This document shows, piece by piece, positions 22,799-33,207 of a stretch of 33,753 nt of DNA. Each line of letters opens with the position of its first letter. Positions within the stretch are counted from its first letter, which is position 1. A model generated the notes under the pieces. The model saw only the letters and a list, made by a program, of their open reading frames with translations, was not told the DNA's origin and did no database searches. This DNA comes from a virus: the UHGV virus genome UHGV-0114643; one strand, 5' to 3'. Both the position numbers and the translations under genes were made by a program.

Positions 22799-23298
22799 TG
22801 GCAGAAGTTATCTCTATTTCCAATGCTACGCGAGTGCATTCTTATAGAGGTGTCTTAATTATCACTGATGAATTAACTGTAGAGGCTGGCTCAAGGGTCA
22901 GCCTTTCAGGGTATGTTAGTGATGGTGGAACCTCTGACGTTTTCACTATTTGCAGGTTACTTGATGCTCCAATGAGCGGAAAACAGTTTATTTCAAACAA
23001 TTGTAACGAAATTGTTAAAATTCCATTTGACAGTTCATGCCTTTTGGGTGTAAAGTTATATAACTGTGAGAATAAACGTGTTAACGTTAATAGTGTTGAA
23101 GCTGCGTTTATTACCATTGATACAGCATTTCAATCTCCAATGACAGTAAATAAAGAGTCTAACAGACTTGAGTACATTTTTTCACAAAATGATTACAAAG
23201 TACTTGTCAAAGGTAAAGTTTATGATATGATTGTAAATGTGGTAGATGAATCTGGTAACCATTCAACAATCCTTAAACAAAAAGTAAGGTTTAATTAA
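22798..23298 (+). CDS. hypothetical protein, 166 aa
   Basis: ORF in track; ATG overlaps portal stop (TAATG). Confidence 0.5.
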   Translation: MAEVISISNATRVHSYRGVLIITDELTVEAGSRVSLSGYVSDGGTSDVFTICRLLDAPMSGKQFISNNCNEIVKIPFDSSCLLGVKLYNCENKRVNVNSVEAAFITIDTAFQSPMTVNKESNRLEYIFSQNDYKVLVKGKVYDMIVNVVDESGNHSTILKQKVRFN

Positions 23299-23630
23299 TG
23301 GGAACATTAACGATTGATGGTAAGAATAAAATCCTAGCCACACTAACCCCGACAACTATTGTATTACACAATGTAGACCCAACGGCAGACCCTACAGCAA
23401 ACAAGGTTACTCAGCCAGTGGCTATCTTCTTCTCAGAACCTAATAATGGATTAATTGCATCAGAAGACACAGTTAATATTACTGTTCCAGCTTCTGCTAC
23501 AGTTTCTCATTTTAGTTTATGGGATGACAACTCTAAGTGCGTGGCAACAGGTGCTCTAAGTAGCCCTCAGTTCTTTGCTGAAGAAGGAATTTATGTTATC
23601 TCTTCAGTATCCATTGACTTAAATAAATAG
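23298..23630 (+). CDS. hypothetical protein, 110 aa
   Basis: ORF in track; ATG overlaps upstream stop. Confidence 0.5.
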   Translation: MGTLTIDGKNKILATLTPTTIVLHNVDPTADPTANKVTQPVAIFFSEPNNGLIASEDTVNITVPASATVSHFSLWDDNSKCVATGALSSPQFFAEEGIYVISSVSIDLNK

Positions 23631-23641
23631 GGTGAGTAAAA

Positions 23642-24991
23642 ATGAGTTCGAATATCTTCAGACTTGCTGACAGATTATTCAACCAACCTTTACTAGCTAC
23701 AGAATCATTAGCCCACTCAGCAGCGACTTATGTTAATAACCGCTTGTTAGGTGAGGTACAAGCAGCAGTAAACTTTGATAAACCAAAAGGTGAGGCAAGA
23801 AGTCTTTTAAAAGTTAAAGATGATATTGCTATTATCCCTATTATGGGTGGCCTAACACATCGTATGACCTTCATGGATGCAATGTGTACTGGTGGACTAA
23901 GTTCTTATGAAGGTTTACGCAGAGGCTTTGACGAAGCCCTAGCAGATGAGTCTATTAAGACTATCGTGCTGCACGTTGATTCAGGTGGTGGTGAAGCGTC
24001 AGGTTGTTTTGAGTTGGCACGACACATCATGGCTTCAAGAGGCCAAAAGAAAATTATTGCTTATGTAGATGAGTTTGCTTGCTCTGCTGCATATGCTCTT
24101 GCATCTTCCGCTGAAGAAATTATTGCATCACCAGATGCAGATGTTGGTTCAATTGGTGTGATTATGGTTCACCAAGAATTAACTAAAGCATTTGAAAAGA
24201 ATGGCGTAACTATTAACGTTATTAAAGCTGGTGAATTTAAAGGTATGGGTTCCCCATTCCAAGCATTATCAGAAGAAAGCAAGAATAGACTTCAAAAGAG
24301 AATTGATGACACTTACAAGACTTTTACTAGTTTTGTTGCAGACTCACGTAATATCTCTGAAGAAGCTGTAAAGAATACTGAGGCGAATGTTTATTCTGCT
24401 CAGGAAGCTCTTGAACTTGGTTTAATTAACTCTATCATGTCTCAAGATGATTTCTTAAATTACTTACAAGGTTCTGAAGAAGCTCCTGTAAGTTTAAACA
24501 CAAACAATTCAGGTGAAGAAATGACTGAACAAGAAAAGCAAGAACTAGAAGCTCTGCGTCTTCAGGTTGCTCAAATGAAAGCTAAGGAACAGGAAACAGT
24601 TCTTACAGATTTAACTGGTAAGATTTCTGCATCTGCTGAAGCTTTTGGGTTTGATGCAAAAGAAGCTGCAACAGCTATTTTAGGTGCTGGTCTTGACAAC
24701 CCTCTGAGTGTTCTGTTTATGAATGCTATGGAAGGTGCTAACCAGAAACTTAATGAAACTATCGCGTCCCATGCTTCTGCCATGTCTGAGAAGGATTCTG
24801 AAATCACTAAGCTGAAAGAAGCTGCTGGTGCTGTTCTGGAACACTCAAACGCTATGGAAGAACTTGGCAATGACGGCGAAGCAGAAGTGGATGATGGTAA
24901 AGATACCACTCCAGAAGCAAATGTTAATGCTAACGCTGACCAACGCAAACTGGCTCTCCAGAATGCTTTGAATACTCTTATCAAGAAATAA
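23642..24991 (+). CDS. prohead protease (S49/ClpP-like) fused to a C-terminal scaffold-like coiled-coil region (449 aa)
   Basis: Gly-rich and serine-containing segments (VDSGGGEASG, EFACSAAYALASS) typical of S49 peptidases; charged helical C-terminus; position before decoration/capsid genes. Confidence 0.65.
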   Translation: MSSNIFRLADRLFNQPLLATESLAHSAATYVNNRLLGEVQAAVNFDKPKGEARSLLKVKDDIAIIPIMGGLTHRMTFMDAMCTGGLSSYEGLRRGFDEALADESIKTIVLHVDSGGGEASGCFELARHIMASRGQKKIIAYVDEFACSAAYALASSAEEIIASPDADVGSIGVIMVHQELTKAFEKNGVTINVIKAGEFKGMGSPFQALSEESKNRLQKRIDDTYKTFTSFVADSRNISEEAVKNTEANVYSAQEALELGLINSIMSQDDFLNYLQGSEEAPVSLNTNNSGEEMTEQEKQELEALRLQVAQMKAKEQETVLTDLTGKISASAEAFGFDAKEAATAILGAGLDNPLSVLFMNAMEGANQKLNETIASHASAMSEKDSEITKLKEAAGAVLEHSNAMEELGNDGEAEVDDGKDTTPEANVNANADQRKLALQNALNTLIKK

Positions 24992-25003
24992 GGAACACAA
25001 ATA

Positions 25004-25381
25004 ATGGCATATCAAGGTTTTACTAAATTAGGTGAAAGAGAACCTCTTAACGATATTATCCTTTGGGAAGAAATTACCCCAACTGGTCACTCTCGTAAAG
25101 AGTACGCTCCAGTAGCAAGCACAGAATACCGTGTTGGTGAAGTTCTGAAGGCTGACGGCTCTAAAGTAGCTGCTGGTCAAGAAGCTCAGGCAGATTCTGT
25201 ATGTATCGTTAACTTCTATGCAGACCTGCAACTGTCTTATCATGGTCAGTTAAAAGTCGTTGGTATCTACCGTGACGCTGAACTGAAAGACTTGCTGAAG
25301 CTAGAGAGTGGCGTTGATGCTGCTGCTGTCAAGTCTGCTCTTAAGGCGAAAGGTATTGATTTCGTCCCAACTGGCCTGTAA
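25004..25381 (+). CDS. head decoration-like protein (125 aa)
   Basis: Size and position between protease/scaffold and major capsid gene, as in lambda D. Confidence 0.45.
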   Translation: MAYQGFTKLGEREPLNDIILWEEITPTGHSRKEYAPVASTEYRVGEVLKADGSKVAAGQEAQADSVCIVNFYADLQLSYHGQLKVVGIYRDAELKDLLKLESGVDAAAVKSALKAKGIDFVPTGL

Positions 25382-25412
25382 TTAATAATAAGACATTCTG
25401 GAGAATTTTACA

Positions 25413-26516
25413 ATGTTGACTAATTCTGAAAAAAGCAGATTTTTCCTTGCTGACTTAACTGGTGAAGTCCAGTCTATTCCAAATACTTACGGATATATCT
25501 CTGGTCTGGGACTGTTCCGTTCTGCTCCACAAACACAGACTACTTTCCTGATGGACTTGACTGATTGGGATATCAGCTTACTGGATGCGGTAGACCGTAC
25601 CAGCCGTAAAGCTGAGACTAGCGCTCCTGAGCGTGTTCGTCAGATTAGCTTCCCGATGATGTACTTCAAGGAAGTTGAAAGCATCACTCCTGATGAGATT
25701 CAGGGTGTTCGTCAGCCAGGCACTGCAAATGAACTGACTACTGAAGCAGTTGTACGTGCTAAGAAGCTGATGAAGATTCGTACCAAGTTTGATATTACTC
25801 GTGAGTTCTTGTTTATGCAAGCTCTGAAGGGTAAAGTTATCGACGCTAACGGTGTTCTGTACGCAGACCTGTACAAGCAGTTCGATGTAACTAAGAAGAC
25901 TATCTACTTCGACTTGGACAACCCGAACTCTGATATCGATGCGCACATTGAAGACCTGCGTATGCACATGGAAGATGAAGCTAAGACAGGTACTGTAATC
26001 AACGGTGAAGAAATTCACATCGTTGTTGACAGAACTTTCTTCAGCAAGCTTATCAAGCATCCTAAGATTCGTGACGCATACCTTGCACAGCAGACTCCGC
26101 TGGCTTGGCAACAGATTACTGGTTCTCTGAGAACTGGTGGTACTGATGGTGTTCAGGCTCACATGAACCGCTTCTACTACGGTGGTGTTGTATTCGTACA
26201 GTACAACGGTAAGTTCAAAGATAAGCGTGGTAAGACTCATACTCTGGTTAGCATTGACGGTGTATCTGATACTAATGTTGGTGTAGGTCACGCATTCCCT
26301 AACGTAGCAATGTTGGGTGAAGCTAACAACATCTTCGAAGTTGCTTACGCTCCATGTCCTAAGATGGGTTATGCAAACACTCTGGGTCAGGAACTGTATG
26401 TGTTCGAATATGAGAAAGACCGTGACGAAGGTATTGACTTCGAAGCCCACTCTTACATGCTGCCATACTGCACACGTCCTCAACTGCTTGTTGACGTTCG
26501 TTCAGACGCTGAGTAA
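25413..26516 (+). CDS. major capsid protein (367 aa), lambda gpE-like by context
   Basis: Position after protease and decoration genes; size; strong codon bias shown by a long antisense ORF. Confidence 0.65.
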   Translation: MLTNSEKSRFFLADLTGEVQSIPNTYGYISGLGLFRSAPQTQTTFLMDLTDWDISLLDAVDRTSRKAETSAPERVRQISFPMMYFKEVESITPDEIQGVRQPGTANELTTEAVVRAKKLMKIRTKFDITREFLFMQALKGKVIDANGVLYADLYKQFDVTKKTIYFDLDNPNSDIDAHIEDLRMHMEDEAKTGTVINGEEIHIVVDRTFFSKLIKHPKIRDAYLAQQTPLAWQQITGSLRTGGTDGVQAHMNRFYYGGVVFVQYNGKFKDKRGKTHTLVSIDGVSDTNVGVGHAFPNVAMLGEANNIFEVAYAPCPKMGYANTLGQELYVFEYEKDRDEGIDFEAHSYMLPYCTRPQLLVDVRSDAE

Positions 26517-26538
26517 TAACTTGAAAGGAGGGTTATAA

Positions 26539-26988
26539 ATGTGTTATACAGGCGACCCCGCTAATAACCCTCTTGATAGAGTTCGAATCCTCTGCACCGA
26601 TACTGACAACAATGAAATCCTCATTGACCAGTCGGTGCTAGAGTGGTTCTACCAAGAATCTGGAAAGGATGAAAAGAAAGCAGCCATCAAAGCTCTTAAA
26701 TATTTACTCTTTCAAGTAGCCAAGATGGGAGATGAGAAAGTTGGTGGTGTTTATTTACGAAACTCTTCCAGATTCAAATCTCTGAAAGCTGTCTATGACG
26801 ACCTAGTCAAAAGCTCTGTTAGTGGCCTCCCTTATGCGGGTGGTATTAACCAGTGTGATATTGACATGCGTCGTCAAAATCCTTGCTCTGTCAAGAAATA
26901 TACTGAATATGGCGATGCTGTTAGATACTACGGTAGAGATTACTGTGAACGTGTCAATGGTGTATTTATTATCGAGCGAGATGAATAA
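26539..26988 (+). CDS. hypothetical head-tail connector / head completion protein (149 aa)
   Basis: ORF in track; AGGAGGG upstream; position after capsid gene. Confidence 0.4.
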   Translation: MCYTGDPANNPLDRVRILCTDTDNNEILIDQSVLEWFYQESGKDEKKAAIKALKYLLFQVAKMGDEKVGGVYLRNSSRFKSLKAVYDDLVKSSVSGLPYAGGINQCDIDMRRQNPCSVKKYTEYGDAVRYYGRDYCERVNGVFIIERDE

Positions 26989-27470
26989 TGGTTAAAAGGG
27001 TTATTCACCCCGCTAGAGCTAAATTAGTCGGGGCTATGAAGAACTTGCATACGGCTAATGCTCAAGTTGGGTATTTTCAGGAACAAGGTCAACATAGCTC
27101 TGGTTTTTCTTACTCTGCTTTAATGTACTTGCATGAAGTTATTGGTGTACCAGCAGCTTCAGGTAAAGTATATCGTAGGTTGTTTGAAATTACTATGATG
27201 TTACACAGACAGACCTTGTTAGAGCAGACTAAGAAGAATCTCTATAAGCAATTAAACAGTCTTAATACTGACCCCTCAGATACTTTAGAAGCATTTGCAA
27301 AGAGTGCTCAGAAAGCAATTAAAAGAGGTTTTGGTAATACGGCTATATTGCCTCCTAACGCTCCATCTACAGTTAAAAAGAAAGGCTTCAATGCCCCTCT
27401 TGTGGAAACTGGAGATTTACGAGATAACCTTGCTTATAAAATCTCTACTAAGAAAGGTATTAAAAAATGA
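26988..27470 (+). CDS. hypothetical head-tail joining protein (160 aa)
   Basis: ORF in track; overlapping start/stop. Confidence 0.4.
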   Translation: MVKRVIHPARAKLVGAMKNLHTANAQVGYFQEQGQHSSGFSYSALMYLHEVIGVPAASGKVYRRLFEITMMLHRQTLLEQTKKNLYKQLNSLNTDPSDTLEAFAKSAQKAIKRGFGNTAILPPNAPSTVKKKGFNAPLVETGDLRDNLAYKISTKKGIKK

Positions 27471-27868
27471 GACTCTTAAATAGACACAGCTTTGTAGTTA
27501 AAAGAAAGGTATCTGAAGATGGCCATTACAATGAAGATGGTGATTGGGTAGCTTCACAGGATGTTGTATCAATTAACTGCAAAGGTAATATTCAACCTTA
27601 TATTAAGGGTTCTGTAAAGAATGGTACACAGATTGTTTTACCTGAAGGTATCAGACTGACAGATACAAGAATCCTTTTCACTGTAGCTGAGTTAAGAACG
27701 TCTGATGATGTTGATTGGACTGAAGCTGATATTGTCATGATTAAGGGACACGAATACGAAGTCTTTATGACAATGGATTGGTCTGAACAATTAGCTCACA
27801 CATCCCATTATGAGTATATCATTATTAGAAGGGATAAGATGAATGCAGTTAGAAACAGCAGAACTTGA
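27467..27868 (+). CDS. hypothetical head-tail joining protein (133 aa)
   Basis: ORF in track; ATGA overlap. Confidence 0.4.
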   Translation: MRLLNRHSFVVKRKVSEDGHYNEDGDWVASQDVVSINCKGNIQPYIKGSVKNGTQIVLPEGIRLTDTRILFTVAELRTSDDVDWTEADIVMIKGHEYEVFMTMDWSEQLAHTSHYEYIIIRRDKMNAVRNSRT

Positions 27869-28442
27869 GAAAGGTATTGTCCGAGTTTTGGTTGATGTTA
27901 TTGGTCACCGTTTAGCGAGAGACAAGAATAACAGACCAAACGTTATTAGGGCTTACCCTTCAGATAATTCCAATGATAAAGGTCTGAAACCAGACCAACC
28001 TTTTATTACAGTATACTGTCAAGATGCTACCACACCTTATGGTTGGGTTCTTGATAAGTTCGTGGAAGATGATGTAGTTTGTTATAGAATTGCTTTTCAG
28101 ATTCCTGTACTGATTACTGTAAATGGTAAAGGTGCTCACAGTATTATGCTTGAGCTAAAACAAAGATTAGAGATGAGTACTACAAGAGATTATCTAGCTG
28201 ACATGACAGGTGCTTCAGTACTTGATACAGGGGCTATCCCAAATGATTATACTTATCTCAACACAGATTTTGAAAATTCTGCACCTCTTGTTGTAACCCT
28301 TGTAAAAAATTCAGTATTAAAAGATGAACGTGGAAGTATTATCGAACGTGTCATTGTGGATGGTGAATTGGTTTACGAGGAAGGACAGGAGCCACCAGAA
28401 TATACTATCCATCTAGATGTAGACTCCAAAGGGGTAAAATAA
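27843..28442 (+). CDS. hypothetical tail completion protein (199 aa)
   Basis: ORF in track; position before sheath gene. Confidence 0.4.
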   Translation: MQLETAELEKGIVRVLVDVIGHRLARDKNNRPNVIRAYPSDNSNDKGLKPDQPFITVYCQDATTPYGWVLDKFVEDDVVCYRIAFQIPVLITVNGKGAHSIMLELKQRLEMSTTRDYLADMTGASVLDTGAIPNDYTYLNTDFENSAPLVVTLVKNSVLKDERGSIIERVIVDGELVYEEGQEPPEYTIHLDVDSKGVK

Positions 28443-29795
28443 ATGTGGAATCCAATTGTTAATGTAGATATTACATTGAACACAGCAGGAACTACAAGAG
28501 AAGGTTTTGGTTTACCATTATTCCTTGCTTCAACAGATAACTTTGAAGAAAGAATCCGTGGTTATACTTCATTAACAGAAGTAGCTGAAGACTTTGATGA
28601 AAGTACTGCTGCGTATAAAGCTGCAAAACAGCTATGGAGCCAAACTCCAAAAGTAACTCAACTGTATATTGGTAGAAGAACTATGCAATATACTGTTTCT
28701 ATTCCTGACACAGTGGCTGAAGGAAGTGAATATTCATTGACAGTTGCTATCGGTGGTGGTGTTTCTCAGCCATTCCAGTACACTGCAAAAGAAGATGACA
28801 CAGCACTTATTGTCTTGAATGAGTTTAAATCACAGATTGAAGCAAGCCCAACAATTAAAGATGGTATCAATGTTAGTGTAACAGGTACTGGTGCTTCTGC
28901 GACGATGATTATTACTAAAGCTGGTGATAATGACTTCGTAAAAGTAACGTCTATTACACCTACAACATCTATTGCAGCAACAACTGCTGACACGGCTTCC
29001 GCTGCTCTGGCATCCATTGAAGCATATTCAACAGATTGGTACTTCATCTCAGCAGAAGACAGAACTCAACAGTTTGTCTTGGCAATGGCTTCAGAGATTC
29101 AGGCTCGTAAGAAGATTTTCTTCACAGCTAATGCTGACGTTAAGGCTCTGCAAGGCACTGATTTGACCTCTGCAACAGATGTTCCGGCACAGTTAGCTAA
29201 GAACAAGTACACTCGTACAGTTTGCTTGTGGCATCACACAGCCGAGTATGACTACCCAGAAATGGCTTACATCGCATATGGTGCTCCATATGATGCAGGT
29301 TCAATTGCTTGGGGTAACGCTCAATTAACTGGTGTTGCAGCATCTCTACAACCTGCTAATCAGAGACCACTGACAAGCATTCAGAAGTCAGCTTTAGACA
29401 CTCGTAGCTGTAACTTCATTGACCTCGATGGTGGGGTTCCTGTAGTGCGTAGAGGTATCACTTCTGGTGGTGAATGGATTGATATTGTACGTGGTGTTGA
29501 TTGGCTTGAATCTGATTTGAAAACATCTCTGAGAGACTTGCTAATTAATCAGAAGGGTGGTAAGATTACTTATGATGATACTGGTATTACCCGTATTCGT
29601 CAGGTCATTGAAACATCTCTTCAGCGAGCAGTTAACAGAAACTTTTTGTCAACTTACACCGTTACTGTTCCTAAAGCCTCACAAGTTGCATTGGCAGATA
29701 AGAAAGCACGTATCCTGAAAGACGTTACCTTCCACGGTATTCTTGCAGGGGCTATCTTGGATGTTGACTTGAAAGGCACAGTGGCTTACGAATAA
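28443..29795 (+). CDS. probable tail sheath protein (450 aa)
   Basis: Size and order (sheath, tube, terminator, frameshifted chaperone, tape measure) match P2/Mu-type contractile tail modules. Confidence 0.5.
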   Translation: MWNPIVNVDITLNTAGTTREGFGLPLFLASTDNFEERIRGYTSLTEVAEDFDESTAAYKAAKQLWSQTPKVTQLYIGRRTMQYTVSIPDTVAEGSEYSLTVAIGGGVSQPFQYTAKEDDTALIVLNEFKSQIEASPTIKDGINVSVTGTGASATMIITKAGDNDFVKVTSITPTTSIAATTADTASAALASIEAYSTDWYFISAEDRTQQFVLAMASEIQARKKIFFTANADVKALQGTDLTSATDVPAQLAKNKYTRTVCLWHHTAEYDYPEMAYIAYGAPYDAGSIAWGNAQLTGVAASLQPANQRPLTSIQKSALDTRSCNFIDLDGGVPVVRRGITSGGEWIDIVRGVDWLESDLKTSLRDLLINQKGGKITYDDTGITRIRQVIETSLQRAVNRNFLSTYTVTVPKASQVALADKKARILKDVTFHGILAGAILDVDLKGTVAYE

Positions 29796-29809
29796 AGGAG
29801 TAATTAGGA

Positions 29810-30256
29810 ATGGCTATGTATCAGCAATATTCCCCTAAAGATGTAGTTTGTAGCTGGAATGGCATTGCCATTGAAGGTTTTGCACCAGACTCATTCTTGC
29901 GTCTTCAGAGAACTTCTCCACTTGTTACGCCAGTTGTAGGTGCAGGTGGTCAAGTAGCTCTGACAAGAAATGCAGACAAGACAGGTACGATTGAGATTGA
30001 GCTAATGCAGACTTCTCTATCAAACCAGATGCTTTCTGCAATTCAAGCTAAACAAGATGACATGGAACTTGAAGAAGATATCTCATCTAACTTTGTAATT
30101 TACGACCCATCTGGTTCAGTTCTGGCAACAGGTATTAATGCTTGGCTGCAAGAGCTTCCACAGATTGAATTAGGTCGTGACCAGAACTCGAAAACTTGGA
30201 TTTTCGGTTGTGAGAAGTTAGACTACACTTCAACAATCCCTGCGTCAAGCGTTTAA
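29810..30256 (+). CDS. probable tail tube protein (148 aa)
   Basis: Size and position after sheath; AAGGAG upstream. Confidence 0.5.
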   Translation: MAMYQQYSPKDVVCSWNGIAIEGFAPDSFLRLQRTSPLVTPVVGAGGQVALTRNADKTGTIEIELMQTSLSNQMLSAIQAKQDDMELEEDISSNFVIYDPSGSVLATGINAWLQELPQIELGRDQNSKTWIFGCEKLDYTSTIPASSV

Positions 30257-30269
30257 CAAATCCTAATAA

Positions 30270-30307
30270 GGGGGAGACTGTAAAAGGTCTTCCCCTTTTG
30301 TGTTTTT
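30270..30307 (+). terminator. rho-independent terminator (GGGGAGAC-N8-GTCTTCCCC + TTTTGTGTTTTT)
   Basis: 9-bp GC-rich stem and T-rich tail directly after the tube gene. Confidence 0.65.
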
Positions 30308-30332
30308 ATAGCATAACTTTTAAGGAATCACA

Positions 30333-30734
30333 ATGAAGACTGAAACTAAAATGATTAATGGCAAGAAGGTAACTATTATTCTTCTTGGAGCAAGAGATGG
30401 TATCCGTATCTCTATGAAACTTGGTAAAGCAGTTGTACCAGCATTTGCACAGATGTTCTCTGGTTTAACCTCTAAAGATGGGGAAGCTAAAATCCCATTT
30501 AAAGAACTCGTTGAAGCTTGCTTTGAAAAGGTTGATGAACTAGATATTGATGCAATGGCAGAGACACTATTTCAGGGGGCAACAGTTAATGACTTCCCAC
30601 TGAAAATTGATAGTTACTTCCAAGCGAACTACGGTGAATTTATTGACTTCTTAGCTTTTGCTTTGGAGGCAAACTTCGGAAGTTTTTTCGAGGCAAGCAT
30701 TTTCAAAAGCCTAACTTCTCAGCAGGAAGCTTAA
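30333..30734 (+). CDS. tail assembly chaperone (133 aa; lambda G / P2 E analogue)
   Basis: Position immediately upstream of tape measure gene; slippery heptamer near its 3' end. Confidence 0.55.
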   Translation: MKTETKMINGKKVTIILLGARDGIRISMKLGKAVVPAFAQMFSGLTSKDGEAKIPFKELVEACFEKVDELDIDAMAETLFQGATVNDFPLKIDSYFQANYGEFIDFLAFALEANFGSFFEASIFKSLTSQQEA

Positions 30735-30742
30735 GTTATTCT

Positions 30743-30970
30743 ATGCAGACCCCGCTGACTGACGGGGCTGTAAAGGCAACTTATGATGAAGCAGATGAGA
30801 TGAAATTTGTGCTTGCTATTTATGGTATGGATGGGTGTAAAGAAACACTCAACCAACTTTTTGATATGACCTTCGTTGATTTATTATCTCTACGTCAATA
30901 TTTAGAAATCCAGAAGTCATATAAAGAAGAAATGGCTTACAACGAACTCAGAAAAGCAGGTAAAATTTAA
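30743..30970 (+). CDS. -1 frame extension ORF of the tail chaperone (GT / E' analogue); probably expressed by frameshift rather than from its own ATG
   Basis: -1 frame is open from 30647 to 30970 and overlaps the chaperone 3' end; slippery site TTTTTTC at 30683-30689. Confidence 0.5.
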   Translation: MQTPLTDGAVKATYDEADEMKFVLAIYGMDGCKETLNQLFDMTFVDLLSLRQYLEIQKSYKEEMAYNELRKAGKI

Positions 30971-33207
30971 TGGCACAATATACAGTTGATAGTTTTATTG
31001 TTGAACTCGGATTCAGTGAAAAGGTTATTAAGGGTTTGCAAAGAGTTGAGAAAATGGCTATGCAGTCTGCTCAACGTATTGAACGCAATATCAATAAAGC
31101 CTTTGATGTGAAGCCTAATAGAAGTTCACAAGACGCTCTAAACAGACTTGTAAAAAACGCTCAGACTGCTTCAGGCAGAATCAATAAATCCCTAAACAAT
31201 GCTATGAATTTAGATTCACAAGGTGTAAAATCACTTCGTAGATTAGAAACACAGGGTAAGAAAACAGCCAAAGAAATTAATAAGGCTCTAAGACAAGCTA
31301 TGAATGTTGAAGGTAAAGTCAATGTTCGTGGTGGAGTTGGTAGAGGCCGTGGTAATACTATCCCTCCGGTTGGAGGTGGTGGTTCACCTAGAGTTAGACC
31401 TGATATTGCTCAAAGACAAATGGAAAGAATGTTTAATAACAACTTCTATTCTGGTTTGACTCGTCGTCTTGAAACAATTGGTGGACAAGGTAACCAAATG
31501 GCTACTTCCTTCAGAGGAAGCTTACAAGGAATCTATAATAAGTACAAAGGTAGTGGTAAAGTTGGTGAGTATGAGATGGAAGTCAAGAAACTCATTGACA
31601 CTACCAAACGTTGGGTTATTGCAGAAAATGCTAGACTTAAGGCAGTCAGAGAGTCAGCTTGGTTACAAGACAGAGCAAACTCTTCACTAAGACAGCTTGT
31701 AGGTGGTTTTGTTTCAGCGTATGCTATGCTGGAATTAGCTCAGAAGACTATTGATGCAGGTGTAAAGAGACAGTCTGCACAGTTAGCCTCAACAGCTATC
31801 TTTGGAGGGGATACACAGCAAGCTAGAATGTTCGCTGCTACGTTCTCTCACCAGATTGGTCAGAACTACACAGACACTATGAAGCAGTACTCAAACTTCG
31901 CTGCTGGTGCTCAACCAGAGTTAGGTTTTAAAGGAACTCAAGAGTTCTATAAGAATGCTGCTATGTTCTCACGTATTCGTGGTGCTTCTGATGAAGACTT
32001 GAAAGGTATCATGGTTGCTTTCCAGCAAATGGCATCTAAAGGTAAGATTCAGGCTGAAGAACTTCGTGGACAGTTAGGTGACCGTTTGGCAGGCGCTGTT
32101 CAGTTATTTGCTGATGCTATTGGTAAAACTCCACAAGAACTTGACAAGATGATGAAAGATGGTCAGCTTCTTGCAAAAGACGTTCTACCAAAAGTCTCAG
32201 AAAAAATGAGAGAGCTTGTTGAAGCAGCAGGTGGTATGAATGCAGTTTCTAAGCAGACAGCTACCTCTATGGGTCAAGCAAAGGCAATGTGGGATAACAC
32301 CCTTGTAGCTTTGTTTAACAACTCTAGCGAAGGTATTTCACAACTCTCTAACTCAGTTGCAATGTTCTTGCAAGGTTCCCTTGGTACATCTGAAGCACTT
32401 GGTACAGGTATTGGTTACCTCTTAAAAGGTGCTAGTAACCTCCTAGATTTCGTGACAGATATCATGTACCGCATTTCTTCATTGTACTACACCTCAATGG
32501 GTTATTTCAAGGAATTAGATGCTAGTCAACAGAAACTAATCAAGGACTCTGCTGAGTTAGTTGCTACGTTCACCGCTATCGGTGTTTCAATTGCAGCTAT
32601 TACAAAAGTTGCTAAAATCTTTGGTGGTACTGTAGCATTTGTCAAGAGTATTTTTGAAGAAGGTATCTTAGCTAAGATTGCACAGAAGTTTGGGTTAACT
32701 ACAGCAGCAGAAACAGCAGCTACAACGGCTGGTGTATCAGCAACCAGAATGGCTCTTGGTGTAGGTGGTTCTGCATTAATGTTATCTGGTTCAGTTGACA
32801 AGAATGCTGGAAAGAGATTTAACGAGGTTAACACACCTAATCCTTTCAATGAAGCTATCTCAGGAATCACTAATCCAAAACGTCCAATGTTCTTTGACCA
32901 GAATGGACAACTTCAGTTTGCACAATATACCACAGACCCTTCTGGAAATATTCAGAGGGTTGATAATGGTTTGTCAAATTGGGATATTATCATGAACAAC
33001 CTGTCTGAGTCTCTAAATAACTTTGCAAACAAGTTTAACCAGACACCTATGATGATGACTCCCTCTGGACTACCATTGCAAACTAAGCAGACGCTTCACG
33101 TTTCCTTTAATCTGGATGGTAAGCAGATTGCTACTAAGATGGTGGATATCACTGATAAGAGTCAGGAAGATATTCTGTTAAACTCTAGCTACCCAGAGGA
33201 TGAATAA
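30970..33207 (+). CDS. tail tape measure protein (745 aa)
   Basis: Largest ORF, directly after chaperone pair; helical/Gly-rich and hydrophobic segments. Confidence 0.7.
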   Translation: MAQYTVDSFIVELGFSEKVIKGLQRVEKMAMQSAQRIERNINKAFDVKPNRSSQDALNRLVKNAQTASGRINKSLNNAMNLDSQGVKSLRRLETQGKKTAKEINKALRQAMNVEGKVNVRGGVGRGRGNTIPPVGGGGSPRVRPDIAQRQMERMFNNNFYSGLTRRLETIGGQGNQMATSFRGSLQGIYNKYKGSGKVGEYEMEVKKLIDTTKRWVIAENARLKAVRESAWLQDRANSSLRQLVGGFVSAYAMLELAQKTIDAGVKRQSAQLASTAIFGGDTQQARMFAATFSHQIGQNYTDTMKQYSNFAAGAQPELGFKGTQEFYKNAAMFSRIRGASDEDLKGIMVAFQQMASKGKIQAEELRGQLGDRLAGAVQLFADAIGKTPQELDKMMKDGQLLAKDVLPKVSEKMRELVEAAGGMNAVSKQTATSMGQAKAMWDNTLVALFNNSSEGISQLSNSVAMFLQGSLGTSEALGTGIGYLLKGASNLLDFVTDIMYRISSLYYTSMGYFKELDASQQKLIKDSAELVATFTAIGVSIAAITKVAKIFGGTVAFVKSIFEEGILAKIAQKFGLTTAAETAATTAGVSATRMALGVGGSALMLSGSVDKNAGKRFNEVNTPNPFNEAISGITNPKRPMFFDQNGQLQFAQYTTDPSGNIQRVDNGLSNWDIIMNNLSESLNNFANKFNQTPMMMTPSGLPLQTKQTLHVSFNLDGKQIATKMVDITDKSQEDILLNSSYPEDE

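Noticed and set aside
25578-26483. 301-aa antisense ORF inside the major capsid gene, and similar antisense ORFs (24571..24984, 6285..6797, 3746..4030, 3996..4334, 20783..21154)
   Set aside because: Fully embedded antisense to well-supported genes; long antisense frames are an expected by-product of strong codon bias.
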